This document shows positions 11,350-23,450 of a stretch of DNA of 60,000 nucleotides, in pieces. The translations under genes were made by a program, and so were the position numbers. The stretch comes from Squalus acanthias (taxonomy: Eukaryota): NCBI GenBank assembly GCA_030390025.1, contig CM059438.1, positions 70,930,001 to 70,990,000 on the forward strand. The letters run 5' to 3'. Position 1 is the first letter of the stretch. Each line of letters begins with the position of its first letter. The notes under the pieces were generated by a model that ran no database searches, was not told the DNA's origin, and saw only the letters and a list, made by a program, of their open reading frames with translations.

Positions 11350-11510
11350 GAGAGTTGCAAAGGATGTCAGAATTAGAGAGTGAAAGGCACATACAGGAGC
11401 ATAAGGCTAAATGATGTTGCAGAGGTAGGCGGGGAGAGGCCATTGAGATTTGTTGATGAGCACGAGAATTTTTACATTGATGTGGAACCAGTGAAGGGTG
11501 ATGTAGTGCA
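11350..11510 (-). mobile_element. Degraded L2 fragment
   Basis: Similar to 4540-4680. Confidence 0.45.
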
Positions 11511-11539
11511 GGATACAATTTCATGATTATGATAAATAC

Positions 11540-11704
11540 TTCTTCTTTCAGCACTTCCCAATCTCGACTTGTACTTCTTGCTAAAGTACCGCCAAGTGTC
11601 CAATGATCAGCACTCAAACAAATGCTCATTTGGTCATGGTCTGAGCTTGGCTGACCTACTCCAGCTACAGTGTCAGAGCTCAGCATTCGAATTAAGATCC
11701 CCAT
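11540..11704 (-). CDS. Candidate first coding exon of an unidentified minus-strand gene (MGILIRMLSSD...RDWEVLKEE)
   Basis: Acceptor gtgctag|ggcaaaATGG with good Kozak context, a 55-codon open frame, donor gaa|gtattt; lies ~250 bp from a promoter-like motif pair. Confidence 0.35.
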
Positions 11705-11943
11705 TTTGCCCTAGCACAAGCATGAGCCACAGACAAAAACTCATCTCAAATAACTCATTATTATCTCATGGATTAAACTGCATAAATCACTCGAAAAAAT
11801 TAATTTTCCCTGACATAGTTGTTTTCAGCTTGGGTTGTTGAAGTATATTCTGGACATTGGTATGGATGAGATGAACAATACAACTCCTATCATTAAATGC
11901 ACGATTTAGCCACAAGAGGAAGAACACCCTGGTCCTTGCGACC

Positions 11944-12015
11944 TTGGTTGTCATGGTGCACTATGGGTATTGTAGTTCCATCGGAACAGGGCAAAAACTA
12001 CAATTCTCCTGCTGC
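11944..12015. promoter_or_regulatory. Promoter with two divergent ZNF143/SBS (ACTACA..CCCA) motifs and an adjacent RFX-like half site
   Basis: Minus strand ACTACAATACCCATAGTGCAC (11956-11976); plus strand AACTACAATTCTCCTGCTGC (11996-12015); ggttgtcatgg at ~11946. Confidence 0.65.
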
Positions 12016-12039
12016 TTCTCTCAAACACACAACTTCTTG

Positions 12040-12150
12040 CACAGAAGCTGAAAATTTGAGCAACCAAGGCCCAGGCTCAAGACAAAAGTGCCAAACATTG
12101 TGGAGGAAACTTCTTACAGGCACTTTCAAAATTAAGGAACAATTTTAAGG
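12040..12150 (+). ncRNA. Candidate first exon of a plus-strand, probably non-coding transcript
   Basis: Consensus donor AGG|GTAAGT at 12150/12151 just downstream of the SBS pair. The start is approximate. Confidence 0.3.
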
Positions 12151-12847
12151 GTAAGTTTAATGATTTCTTTTCCTCAGAACTGTGTAATTGTTTATGTTTT
12201 ATATTTACGTCCCAAATGTTACTTCTAACTGTCTACCTTCACTTGGTTGAGTAAAAGAAAATGGCATAAAAAATACCGTGAAGAAATTATTTTAACAACA
12301 TGGCTGCTTTTGTGGTACTTGCTGGTACTGTGAATGGTAGATTTGGGGGGGGAAATTGGCGGGATTTAATGACTCATTTTTTTTCTACTGCTTGCTTCTT
12401 CCACATTGATATCGCTTGGGTGAACTGAAATCGCTTTTGATTTTTGCCTTGTGGTGGTACTCTGAAGAATGGCACTTCTGAATTGTGACATCTCTGAGGC
12501 TACACCTTCAGGTGTGACACCTCTGAAGGCATGAAGCAACTAACCTGTGCGAGACACGAGACTTCTAATTATAGATAAGTAGACTAAGTATGAAAGGTTT
12601 CCCGTTCCCCTTCAGAGTATTTTGGAAGAGCGGCGTTGCTTTTTCTGATTTGGCTCCAGGTTTGATGGGTGTAACAAGTTTTGATCAAACCAAATGGAGA
12701 CCATACAACTTGCTCACCCCTAAATTGGCATGTCTACTTTGATGAAAACAGCTTGTTTTGTATAATGGACCTACCACTTTAAAGCAATAATGACAGACAT
12801 GTGACCACGAGGCAGACACTGATTGCAAAATGCAATATTGAGGTTTT

Positions 12848-12899
12848 AAAAAAGAAGTACACCACACCTTCACGTTCCTTCATTTAGCCAGTGTTTATT
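12848..12899 (-). terminator. Polyadenylation signal (AATAAA) with downstream GU/U-rich element
   Basis: tttatt at 12894-12899, followed on the minus strand ~25 nt later by ggtgtggtgtacttctttttt. Confidence 0.55.
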
Positions 12900-15800
12900 T
12901 CTAACCAATACATAACAGGGAGGAGACATTATTTATCCATAAGAAATAATTATTTCCAGAGAAACAAATATACAGTACACCAGACAGATGTTTGTTGTGT
13001 AAAGTCAGAGCACCAACATAATATATGCAGCGGTTAAAAAAAACCAAAAAATGTCTGTGGTAAGTGCCCAACACAGTGCATTGTGAGTATGGGTTAGTGG
13101 AGTGGATTCCACTATTTTACCAGTGCTTTCTGAACACCATAATGGTATTAAAGTACAGCGCCAATGGTCAACTTTGATCCATTGTAAAACTGATAACACT
13201 TGTTCTAACCACCAGTTGTACTAGAGCAGCTCCTTGAGTTTCAATGCCAGCTGCTGCTTACTTGTCCTGACAACGGTTTGTTGCATCTGAATTGATGCTG
13301 GAGTAAAGCAGCTAAGGTTTGGTCTGTCAGGGCCAGTGACTGCATACAACAGATGAAAAAAAATACTATTTCTTTCAAAACATTCACTACAAGGGTCTTT
13401 TGATACACTTTGCCATTGCCGTGCGGGGTACACAGGGCGTGAAGAAATCATTGTGAAATATCTATAGACAACTTATAGCGATGAAACGTAAAAGTAGGCT
13501 ACCCATTGTTCGAGATCATATTATCTGCAACAGATAGGTACTAGGCGATATAAAATACTTTCAAAGTGCTGTTTGTCTTTGAGCTGTTGAAGAGCAGTTT
13601 GGAGTTTGATCTGCAGTGTTTTAATATCTCATCATAAATGTTTCTTTAATGAAGTTAAAACCGACATAGGACATAATTTTTCATCTAGGGACTCAATAGC
13701 ATGTCCCGCCAGACATTACCGAATGGTTTGTTCTATAGGGGCATTTTAACAGCCAAAAGTTGTTTCAACAAACACTGGTAGATTTGCACACAAAAGACTG
13801 TGACATGATATTGATTTCAAATAGATGATTGTTGACTTATGGAAGCTTTATCATACCAAAGATAAACATGGCATTCAGTGCATGTGGTAGTTGCCATAAG
13901 GTAAGTTTGCACAGAAAATCTACTTCATTCAATCAATATTGACCACTCAGCACCCTGGTGTGCATCCTGATTGAATTTACCTCTTTACTACACCCACAAA
14001 ACTTTAGTTTTTTTTATATACCAGTGGAATCACATTTTACTCTTGTTAATTAAACTCCATGGTTATCTGGTCACTGAATGGTCCAGAAACATTTCCAGAA
14101 GTATGGAAGTTTTAATACAAAAGGAAGTCACAGCAATGGCAAGGGTATTCATTTCACAGATGCATTTGTTATACTAAGTTCAATACCTGTATGTGGTTAG
14201 ATGTTCTGTACTTCAAAATGAGACAGCTACATGAGAACAGTGTACGCCTCATGTAGGTTTCATATCCTATCATACCATTAAGGTAATAAAATGGCTGTAA
14301 CAACGGAATTGTAAAGTTGTAAAAATAACTTAGATGATAAAGTGTAAATATAAATTAAAAACGGATGACATTCTTAATAAATAACTCTACTATTTACATC
14401 TTTATATATTGCTAGGAAATTTAAATTAAACTAAAAATTAAAAGCAGCTAGTTTACAGGCATGAGGTACAGCAAAAGATATGATATTACAGTAGTAGACT
14501 GTTTACATTTATAACATTTTTTTTCAGCACTTCATTTGATTATTGTTTTCATGGCTTCCATAAGGTGCCCAACAGATAACTAGCATGACTAATAAATACC
14601 AGGTATGTTCATAATGGCAGTTGCCATATGAAAATATTTCCTCTCTCAAAGAAATCACAGCTTGACTTGAATTATGCAGACAGGTAAATGTCCGATCAGA
14701 TACCAAGACTTCATGCACTCTCCTGGAAAATAAAAATGCCTGAACAGATAATGTGGGAATTTTGCAAATTGGTCATATTTCTGTTCACCCCATTTGGTTG
14801 TGAGGGACACTGCTTTATAACATACTATTGTGACCAGTTTACGTGAGAGAAAATCACCATCTCCCCACTAACAAACGTGACTTGGTACTTCAATGAATGC
14901 TCAGTATTCGGTACTTAGACTGAATTTATCTGCCTCCCATTACTGAAATATTTCAACGTTAAAAGCAGCAATATTTCTGTATGCTGTTAAATAACAACAA
15001 AAACAAAGCAAATATTGATTAACTATCATAATACAATTTTGTAGATTATATAAAACAAAATAATTGTGATTAATTAGCGAAAGCCAAGGGTCTTCCCAAC
15101 GAGCCTCACTGTCGTATAAAATGCTTGAATGGAAGTGTAAGATTTAATTCTTTTTACGCCAATGTTTGAGCCAACTTCTTCCAACTGTATTTCCTACATC
15201 TGATTGTCCCTTTTTTTAATGGCTGCTATCATAGCTAAACTAATCACCTTTTAAAAAAAAAATGTTTAAAAGCATGAGATATTATATATGCAAAGCTTCA
15301 GGAAGCAAAAAGCAAAACTTAAAAAATATTTGAATCAAAAACAAAAAAAATTACCTGTCTGACCTTAGCAGCTTTTCAAAAAAAAACACCGATGTAGACT
15401 TTTGTAAATGACGGTACAGAAAATCCAAATGCAGTTATTGAGCACAATAAAAATACTGATTAAATACAATTGAGTAAAAGTTTATAACAAAAGTACAAAT
15501 AAACACTTTAAACACTTAAACAATTGAATGTCAAAATGTTGTTCCTTTTTTTTCTATCTGGAGCTAATACTATGCACGAAAATCGACAAGACATTACGAC
15601 GCGACTGCACACCAAAATCCTATGGAAAACTATAGTTTTTTTTTGCCTAAACACTAATGTTGTGGTAGTTTTTCTTTTCAATCTCGGTCCATGCAGTTTG
15701 CACAACCTCGTCTGTCAGGAGTTTGCAGCATGAAATCATTTTTAAAAACAACACAGGTAAAACCTATAAGAACCGACAGTTACAACCAGGTGAAATGGAA

Positions 15801-18800
15801 GAGAGAAGGGAGGTAGCTTGACCTGTTTTAAAGTCCCTTTGAAATTGGCATGTTCCACCTTTTTACATACCTCAACCAACCAAAAGTACGAGCCACTGAG
15901 GTCCTGCCCATTGGGTTTTATGAGCAAATACTGCTTTGGGGAAAGTTTAGACACATACCAGCAAAATGGGTTATTGTTGCGTGGGCGTTAATTTTTACAG
16001 ATTTTTGCACTCTGCTCTTTTTGTTACAAAGCGAAAGCCAATGCGAGTGTTTGCCTGTCAATAATTTTAAGGGCATGAACATGATAGATGTGAAAATCAA
16101 AATGTGCATCATTCTCCTGAGGTTCCCTCCTGCAAGAATTTAGTGATGTACACATTTCTCAATTTACATTATATTATTACTGTATGAATATTAGCGTACA
16201 AATATTATAACACATTTGTGTTCGATTTCTGTTCACTACTTTAACCAAGACACTAACCCATTTAAATGTGTTAACAACTTTGCTAAAGAGTGGACAAAAT
16301 CATTTTGCATGAACACGTTAAGTATTTGTACATTAATATTCACATATTGTAATTTCAGATCCATAATCTTATGTTTTGATTCATACTGTAGGCATATTGC
16401 TCTGTATACTCTACCTGTCAGCTTTTTCTCCATGTATTCCGACTGCACTAAATCTACAATTTTTACATTATTGCAAGGATATTGTGATCACCATATGGAT
16501 TATTGTATGGTCTTCTTCAGGTAGGTTCATTTTCGTGTTAGGAAACCAATACTGGGAGAAACTAGCATGAGTCTGTTGGCAGCCAACAGTCCTCTGTGTG
16601 TAATGTCAATAGGCTTGTTGGCTAATATAACTCAGATCTGTTGACTCCAAATAAGCTTTAGCTTCCTGGAGTTAATTTAGAGCAAAATGTTGAAAACTGC
16701 TGGTGTTATAAGGCTATAAATTACCGTTGATGATGCTGGATGACATTTAATATATTTATACGATAGACCTCTGCTGCTATTTTACTTCTATGGATTAATG
16801 TCCCCGTTAAAATAACGGGCAAAGGAATTTCATATGAATGTTTCAAGCAGTCATCAAGGAAGTAACTCCGAGCCCATCGTGATTGTACAGGAGCTGGTTA
16901 CAGTGACGAGAGGCTCAACTGCATAATACAAGAGAACATGAAGTATGGAATAAGAGGTCTTCTTATGATGCTCCCTACTTCTTCTAATGGACCACGTGCA
17001 ATTCGACTCATCCTCGTTCATCTCCTAAAGGAAGCTAATAACTGAACAAAACTTCCCAATAGGGAAAATCTTTCTTTATACTTTTGGCTTGCATTCTTGA
17101 ACTGCCAACAGAACTGAGTACTGTATTAATAGCAGTGATTAGTCTTCACCCTAAGCAATGAATGCCTTCCAGCATGCATCCTGTGCTCCTCTGGTTTCTC
17201 CCCCTCAAATAAAGCAAAGTGGTCTTGTGTTGGTCTACATCAAGGCATTAATATAGATGGTGTGTACTGTGGATCCAGTGAAAGCCTGATCAGTGTGTGT
17301 GTTCTATCCCGACTGACAGTCTGCTTGGCTCTTTCCGTGCCAACAGCCTGCGTGAGTTCTGTACCAATAGTCACTCTCCAGTCTGTCCATTCCATTTGTA
17401 AGTATGTCTACACTGTTATGACTATTGCCAAAATTTGCTAGTCAAACTTTTTTTGAAGAGCTGACTTCTGTTTCATCTGCTTAATCCTGTCGGGTTTTAT
17501 CCACATAGGTAATGCACTGAAGTTGTACTCCTGTACAATCCCAGCCATATATACTCATATATATTGAATACATTGTGTGCACATTGTCACAGTAAAGGTT
17601 AATATAAATCGAATGAAAGGCATGCACACAGACACACGCTCATGGATCACAAGATGGATACTGATGAAGAAGGCCAGTCAGCTCCCTACAATCCCTCCAT
17701 CCCCAATCACAGCATCCAATGTTGTTTTAACATTGGCGTCCGTGAGGTGTTTGCGCGCCAGTTCCCAAAGCTCAGATCTCACGCATTTGGTGGCAACTCA
17801 GTGTAAAGCTGCCAGATTGGCAAAGGCCAACGTCCAGCAGTGCTGTTTGTTGGATGCCATCCTTGGCAAATCTGGAAGGTTTACCAGGTACTCCTTAGCC
17901 ATGCAAGTCCCTGTGCTTTGTGAACTGGTGGCGGAAGCACTCCATTGCCACTGATGTAAAAGCTGTTTTGACTACTTCCAGGGCTCTCACTTCCCCTCCC
18001 CTACCCCCACCCTGAAGTCCATTCCATGCGTCGATTACCTGTTTTGTGAAATTAACTTCCTGACACCAGTCCTAAATTTGCCTTGCACTGGTTTGAATCT
18101 TTGCTCGTTTGAAATCACATTCCATGGAAAGGGTCGTTGGAATGAATGCATGCAGGTTTGTTTCCCTTGCAAGGTGGCAGATTCTTTTGGCTGGCACTGT
18201 TTTCAATGAAACTCTTAAGAGATGACATCAAAGGGTTTTAAAACGAGGCTGAAGGTTTGCTTAAGGCAGATAGACTGAAGTTTGGGTTTGGTGTTAACCT
18301 GCTCTTGCATTGTAGGTTGGTTGTCCAGCAACAGCAGCAGCGACAGCCATGGTAGCATAGCTGTTTTCTTTCAGAACTGTATTATTTTTCCTTCTATGGA
18401 CAATCATCTTTCTGTTATATCTGAATTGTTATGTTTTATTCACTTTCTCTGTCTGTCTATCTAAAACTTCTCTATTTTTGGATTGGGTGTGATTGTATTT
18501 CTAACTCTTTTTAATTCTTTAAATACAGATCGGGGGGGGGGGGGGGGGCGGGGGGGGGTGGAGGGGGAGGGCGGCCAGAAAGGCCACTCAAGCAGGCATG
18601 AAACATGCTATTTTTGAGCTTGTTCATTCAATGTGTCGCTTGTGTCTTTATTCTTTTCTCTCACTCCAGTCTTCAGACAGAAGGCAGACTAGTCGAATTG
18701 TGTGTGTGAGTATTATCTGGTCGGAGAGATTTCTCCTGTAAGCAGCAAGGAATGTGTGGCTCTTCCAGTCTGCCTTCAGCTGTTTTCAGCTCCCGGTTCC

Positions 18801-18920
18801 TCCCGGCTAATGGTGGCTGTGATAGAAGCGTTGCTGTCTCACTTTGCCGTGCTCCTGAGCTGCGGGGTCTCGGCACGCGCATTCTCCATCGAGGTCGCAA
18901 TGCATCGGAAAGGGGATGAC
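12870..18920 (-). other. Probable terminal exon with a ~6 kb 3' UTR of an unidentified gene
   Basis: Acceptor tcctttgccttgcag| at 18921; CpG-containing coding-like first ~100-250 nt; then a long, almost transposon-free stretch that is U-rich on the minus strand, with a TGTAAATA (Pumilio-type) site at 14391-14398 and a terminal AATAAA. Confidence 0.5.
18532..18571 (+). repeat. Poly-G tract (G-quadruplex-forming potential)
   Basis: Runs of G16, G8, G5 and G3. Confidence 0.8.
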
Positions 18921-19319
18921 CTGCAAGGCAAAGGATTCCATTAGAGATTTCTTGAGCGATGTCGTGCACTGGGGCATGCAACACGTGAGGGGCAGTTTAG
19001 ATCATAAAATGACAAAATAACACGTCCAGCTGCCAACACCATGTCATTTGCTTCATCATTTATTCAGTTGCAGGGAAGCGTCCCCGCGAATTGTAAATAC
19101 AACGGCACATTGGGCTCAGCAACACATCTTACTCCATTATCAGGCACTGTCAAGTAGCACTCCACCATCACCTAGCGAATATCAATTGAAAAAGAGAACT
19201 GAGGAAGTCACTCATGGATTATGTGGTGGTCGGGTCCCAATGGAATATTTTTTCCTCTTTCATATGTCATCCATTACACATTGCCTGCCCGTGACACTGC
19301 ACATGAGAATACTGTATAT

Positions 19320-19420
19320 ACTGACTACACTTCAAAAGTACTTCATTGGCTGTAAAGCGCTTTGGGATGTCCTGAGGTCATGAAAGGCATTATAAAAATG
19401 CAAGTTCGTTCTTTTCTTTC
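19320..19420 (+). mobile_element. Deu-domain SINE 3' tail fragment
   Basis: gactacacttcaaaagtacttcattggctgtaaagcgctttggg matches the tail of 31106-31540. Confidence 0.75.
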
Positions 19421-20363
19421 TTTCTCTCTTTGTCTGGGCGGGAGCTTATTTAAGTTAGTGAAACAGATATCTGCCTGACTGCAAGGTAGTTTCTTTTTCA
19501 AGTATTCTTGACGTTTTCAAATAAAAATATAGAAAATATGGCTGAGTCGCACCCAACGAGTTCCAAACAGAGGACTCAGTAGTAGGGGCAAGTAGAACAA
19601 TCAAGGTATGTGTGAGGAGAAGGTTTTCACACAGAATTATTAGAAGATGAAGTGCTTTGCTGCATGTGGCTATTTGATCAGTCACAACATTTAAGAGGGA
19701 ATCTATTGAACTAGAAGAAAAATATTCATACTTTTAGCAAGAAAAAAGCTCTGAGTTGAAAAAGGTGGTTGCTCGACCATCCCTCACCCCCATGAGAATG
19801 TGGGCAAAACTTGATTCCATGTAGGTGTCACTGGTGAGCATCAATAAAGTATGAGATTATTCACTTTAAATATATTTCCTACTGATGTCGACTTGTTCAG
19901 AAAAGATAGTGAAGACTGAAATTTTAGCTCCCTTGTGACTTATCGTACAATGTAGTGAGTTTGAATTCCGCTGGTTTTTTTTGTGTATTTATATATTGTT
20001 AAAAGTCTTGAGTGGAGCTCACACTTCCTGTCCAGAAACCTTCTTTCCTTTAGTCACACATGTTGTCACACTTTTATGTCAACGCTTACTATAATAAATA
20101 GCAACGTCAATATTTCCCATTCAATTTTACCAAGTCAACTGTCATGATGTAGTGCCGACTCTGGCCACTGGGTGGCTCTGTGGAGCTGGTCTCGAGTCTC
20201 TTTCCTCCGTTGCCAACTTGTATATTTAAAAAAAATATATATGCATCTGCTGACTGCGGGAAGTGCCATTTACTAGGATATAACTATTTTTTTTCTGTTC
20301 ATGTGGACTTTTCTTTTCATGTGAATTTTCTCTTGGAAATTCCTATGTGTGTCAATACGCTAT

Positions 20364-20493
20364 AGGAGTAATTTTCTGCTCCTGTTTAAAATTTATGGTT
20401 GGAAAACCATGGGCAGCGCATGCCTGAATTTTGATGTGTCCTGCTAGTGGGTGAGGCTCCCTGCCAGAAATGCAGTGCCAGAAATTTACCCCT
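20364..20493. mobile_element. Short Harbinger-type MITE
   Basis: TIRs aggagtaattttct / agaaatttacccct, flanked by tat on both sides. Confidence 0.55.
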
Positions 20494-23153
20494 TATGTAT
20501 ACACCGTCTAAATCTTTTGCAGTTGCCTGTTGTTTAGCTTGGAAGGTTTGTTCGTGTTTACCAATTTGGATTGGAAAAACAAGACGTCAGAGAGCAGAAC
20601 TTCCAACCAGCGAGGTTCATGCACGAGCACTTAATGTGCTCGTGCTACATTCGAGCGTTCAATATTTTTACACAGATGTTAACTCAGTTCAGATTAAAGC
20701 TGGATGGGATGAGGGGCAACCTCAACTGTGCTAGCCCTGGGGGGAAACAAAAGATGGAATGATTCCTAGAAAAAGAATAAAATGTATCTTTTTGATGTAG
20801 AGAAGGATACAGTTCTTTCTTCCTGACGTCCCCCCCGCCTCCCCTCAACCTCTATAAATAGCAAAAGTTTTGACAGCTCAATATGTTCAATACAGCGCAG
20901 CATTTGTCCAGTCTAGAAATGCTTTTCTAGTTGACTTGGGATGTTTTACTACGTTAAGGACGCTACATAAATGCACGTTGCTGTGTTGTTGCTAAGAGGG
21001 GAGCCTGAGAAATGGTGCTGAAATGGAGATGGTGACCTCTGTGCACCGCTCCCCCTTGTTTTTCTAATCTGGTCCCACAGTCCCATCATGAAGACCTGTT
21101 GGGAGCCGGACACCCACGATTCTCACATGCGAGGGCATCTGGCGCTGCATTTCAAATGGGGAACTGCCGTCAGCTCACGTGACAGGTCAGCGCTTCCACT
21201 GAAACAACAAAGGTCGTGTTATTTATTTTCACAAGTGGAGCCAGTGGTGGTGGGGGGCGGGGTGGGGGTGGGGGGCGGCTGGTGGTAAACTACACTTTTT
21301 TTTAATGGAATAGGACCTTGGGTCTATTCACATTCGACAAGTCTCTTTCTTGCAATAATCAGCTAACTTATATTTAACACAACAGATCTTAATTGCTCCA
21401 ATTCACATTAAAGGACTGAAGGGCTTATGAAAGGTACTCGCACTTCATAAGTTCCACCCTATGTTGTTCCAAGAGTCAGTGACATGTGACAATGCAGCCA
21501 GTGCAGTTGCGGAAAAAATATAGGTGAAAAGGACATTTAAAATGTCACAGAGATCACTGGATGTCAGTATTCTCTTCCCAATTCCCTGCCACCCTTTGTA
21601 CTACATTTAATTCTTGGAACAGCTTTGTCTAGCGCTCGCAATAAGTGTTCTTAAAGTGGTCAGGAGCTAGACATGAGGTATCGGTGAACAAGTCTGAGGC
21701 AATTACTATATTCTTGACAATCTTGTATGCCACTTTCAGTCCTCCCTAAAAAAAACTTAGCAGGGCAATAACAAAAAACAAAACTGAGGTCAACAAGGCG
21801 AATAGTTTCTGGGCAAGAATGCAAGCAAAGTTCAATCAATCACATTTCTCGACACAGTTGCCAGAGTAATATTTGCCAGTCAATAAGTACCCAGTTAATG
21901 GGAAAATGCTGTTTAAAAAGGCACCAATGTGTTATTTGGTTAAAAAGAGCATTTGGCTATTCGACGGAACAGTTTGTCACCCATCGGAGGGGGTGGTGGG
22001 CATTCTGTTTAAGAAGTATCATTTGTGTGAACTTAAAATAAGGAATTGAATGGGTTGACAAGCATGTAACCACTGAATGTTTTGGAAGCTGATCCAGTAA
22101 TACAAGCTATTGTTCTACTCACAGTGCCAGAAATAGACAACAATTGCCCATGAAACCCAACCAGCTCAACATGGATGTTGCCTTTTGGCTTACCGCACAT
22201 GCCACTAGTTGCCTCAACAAGTGCTGTAGCCGATTTTAAAACTCCCTTATTCAACAGCTGACTCAGTTGGGCAGCACTGTCCCAGACTGACAAAGGGCCT
22301 GTAACTTGTGTGCCTTGAAGCATCTACTCACAACCAAAGCAAACTGACAGCACTAGACGTCAGAAACTCCTTAGATCTCAGTCTATTGCAAAAGCTGGCG
22401 GATAGCTGCAATATTTTAGTACATTATTTGCTTCAAATGTGTTTTTAATGCCAATAAACAACCCAATTGAAAGCCCATGGCCAGAATCTCAAGGGTGTGG
22501 TTTATTCATTGCACAAAACAATCCAAGATTTCATTACCGCCGAGCATTGTACAAATGCAATCTGAAATGCAATGTTACACCTTTTCTTACTTCTGTCAGT
22601 ATAAGGATAATCATTTATAGAAAGGTCCACTTAGGCTGCATTCACACTATCACCATCACATTGTTGTAATTCAGGCTGCGCATCAACACAGAAGTGATCG
22701 TATTAATCAGGAGACTATCAAGTGCAGGAAAGCCCTGAGGTGAGTCCTCCACCACAACACCATCTCATACAGGCTTGAATTCCCAAAGCGTAAAAATCCA
22801 TCCTTAGAGCCATTGCCAAAGAAAACATGGTTTACAGTGAAATCTGGCTCCCTGTAATGATATATGAGAAATACCGTAACATCTTGTATCCTGTACAAGA
22901 TACTAATTCCAGACCTGGATTGGTCACTGCCAGCCCAACAACTGCCAGTCTTTAAATTGATTTCCACTGTCATGCTACAAATTATACACCACCTACCTGT
23001 GCAGCATTGGCATTTTGGGAGGTTTAATCCAAGTTAAAGCTGTCCCAACAATACGCTTTAATCTCAATTACAGATGAGCGCTGCAAAATTGTGTCATCTT
23101 CATTTTGCCCACCAGCTAATCGATTCCATTGGTCGTCAGAGGGAGAAGACCTC

Positions 23154-23450
23154 GGGGTAGAAATTGGCATGCCTTCCACCCGTATTTCGGCCGTACAACG
23201 GGTGTAAAGTATGCCAATTTATAAGTGGGACTGCCTGCATTCAATCTGCTCAGGTGTTGGTTCCACTGTCAAATTCGCAGGGCCCAGTTTTAGGCAGACA
23301 CTTAACCCGGGTTGGGTTCCTTGAAATATGTCAATTAGGGGCCAACGCCTGTTAAAGGACCTTTTTCATAAATTGGTCACCTTGAAGACGTTGGGCCTAC
23401 CCCGCTCGGGATTCTTCAGCAGCCCCTGTGGCCGCCAACAAAAGGTCATT
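23154..23450. mobile_element. MITE fragment with a 60-bp internal palindrome
   Basis: Begins ggggtagaaattgg, like other MITE termini here; hairpin at 23161-23220. Confidence 0.5.

Noticed and set aside
17577..17954. 125-aa plus-strand ORF
   Set aside because: Non-ATG start, no recognisable domain, and antisense to the presumed UTR.
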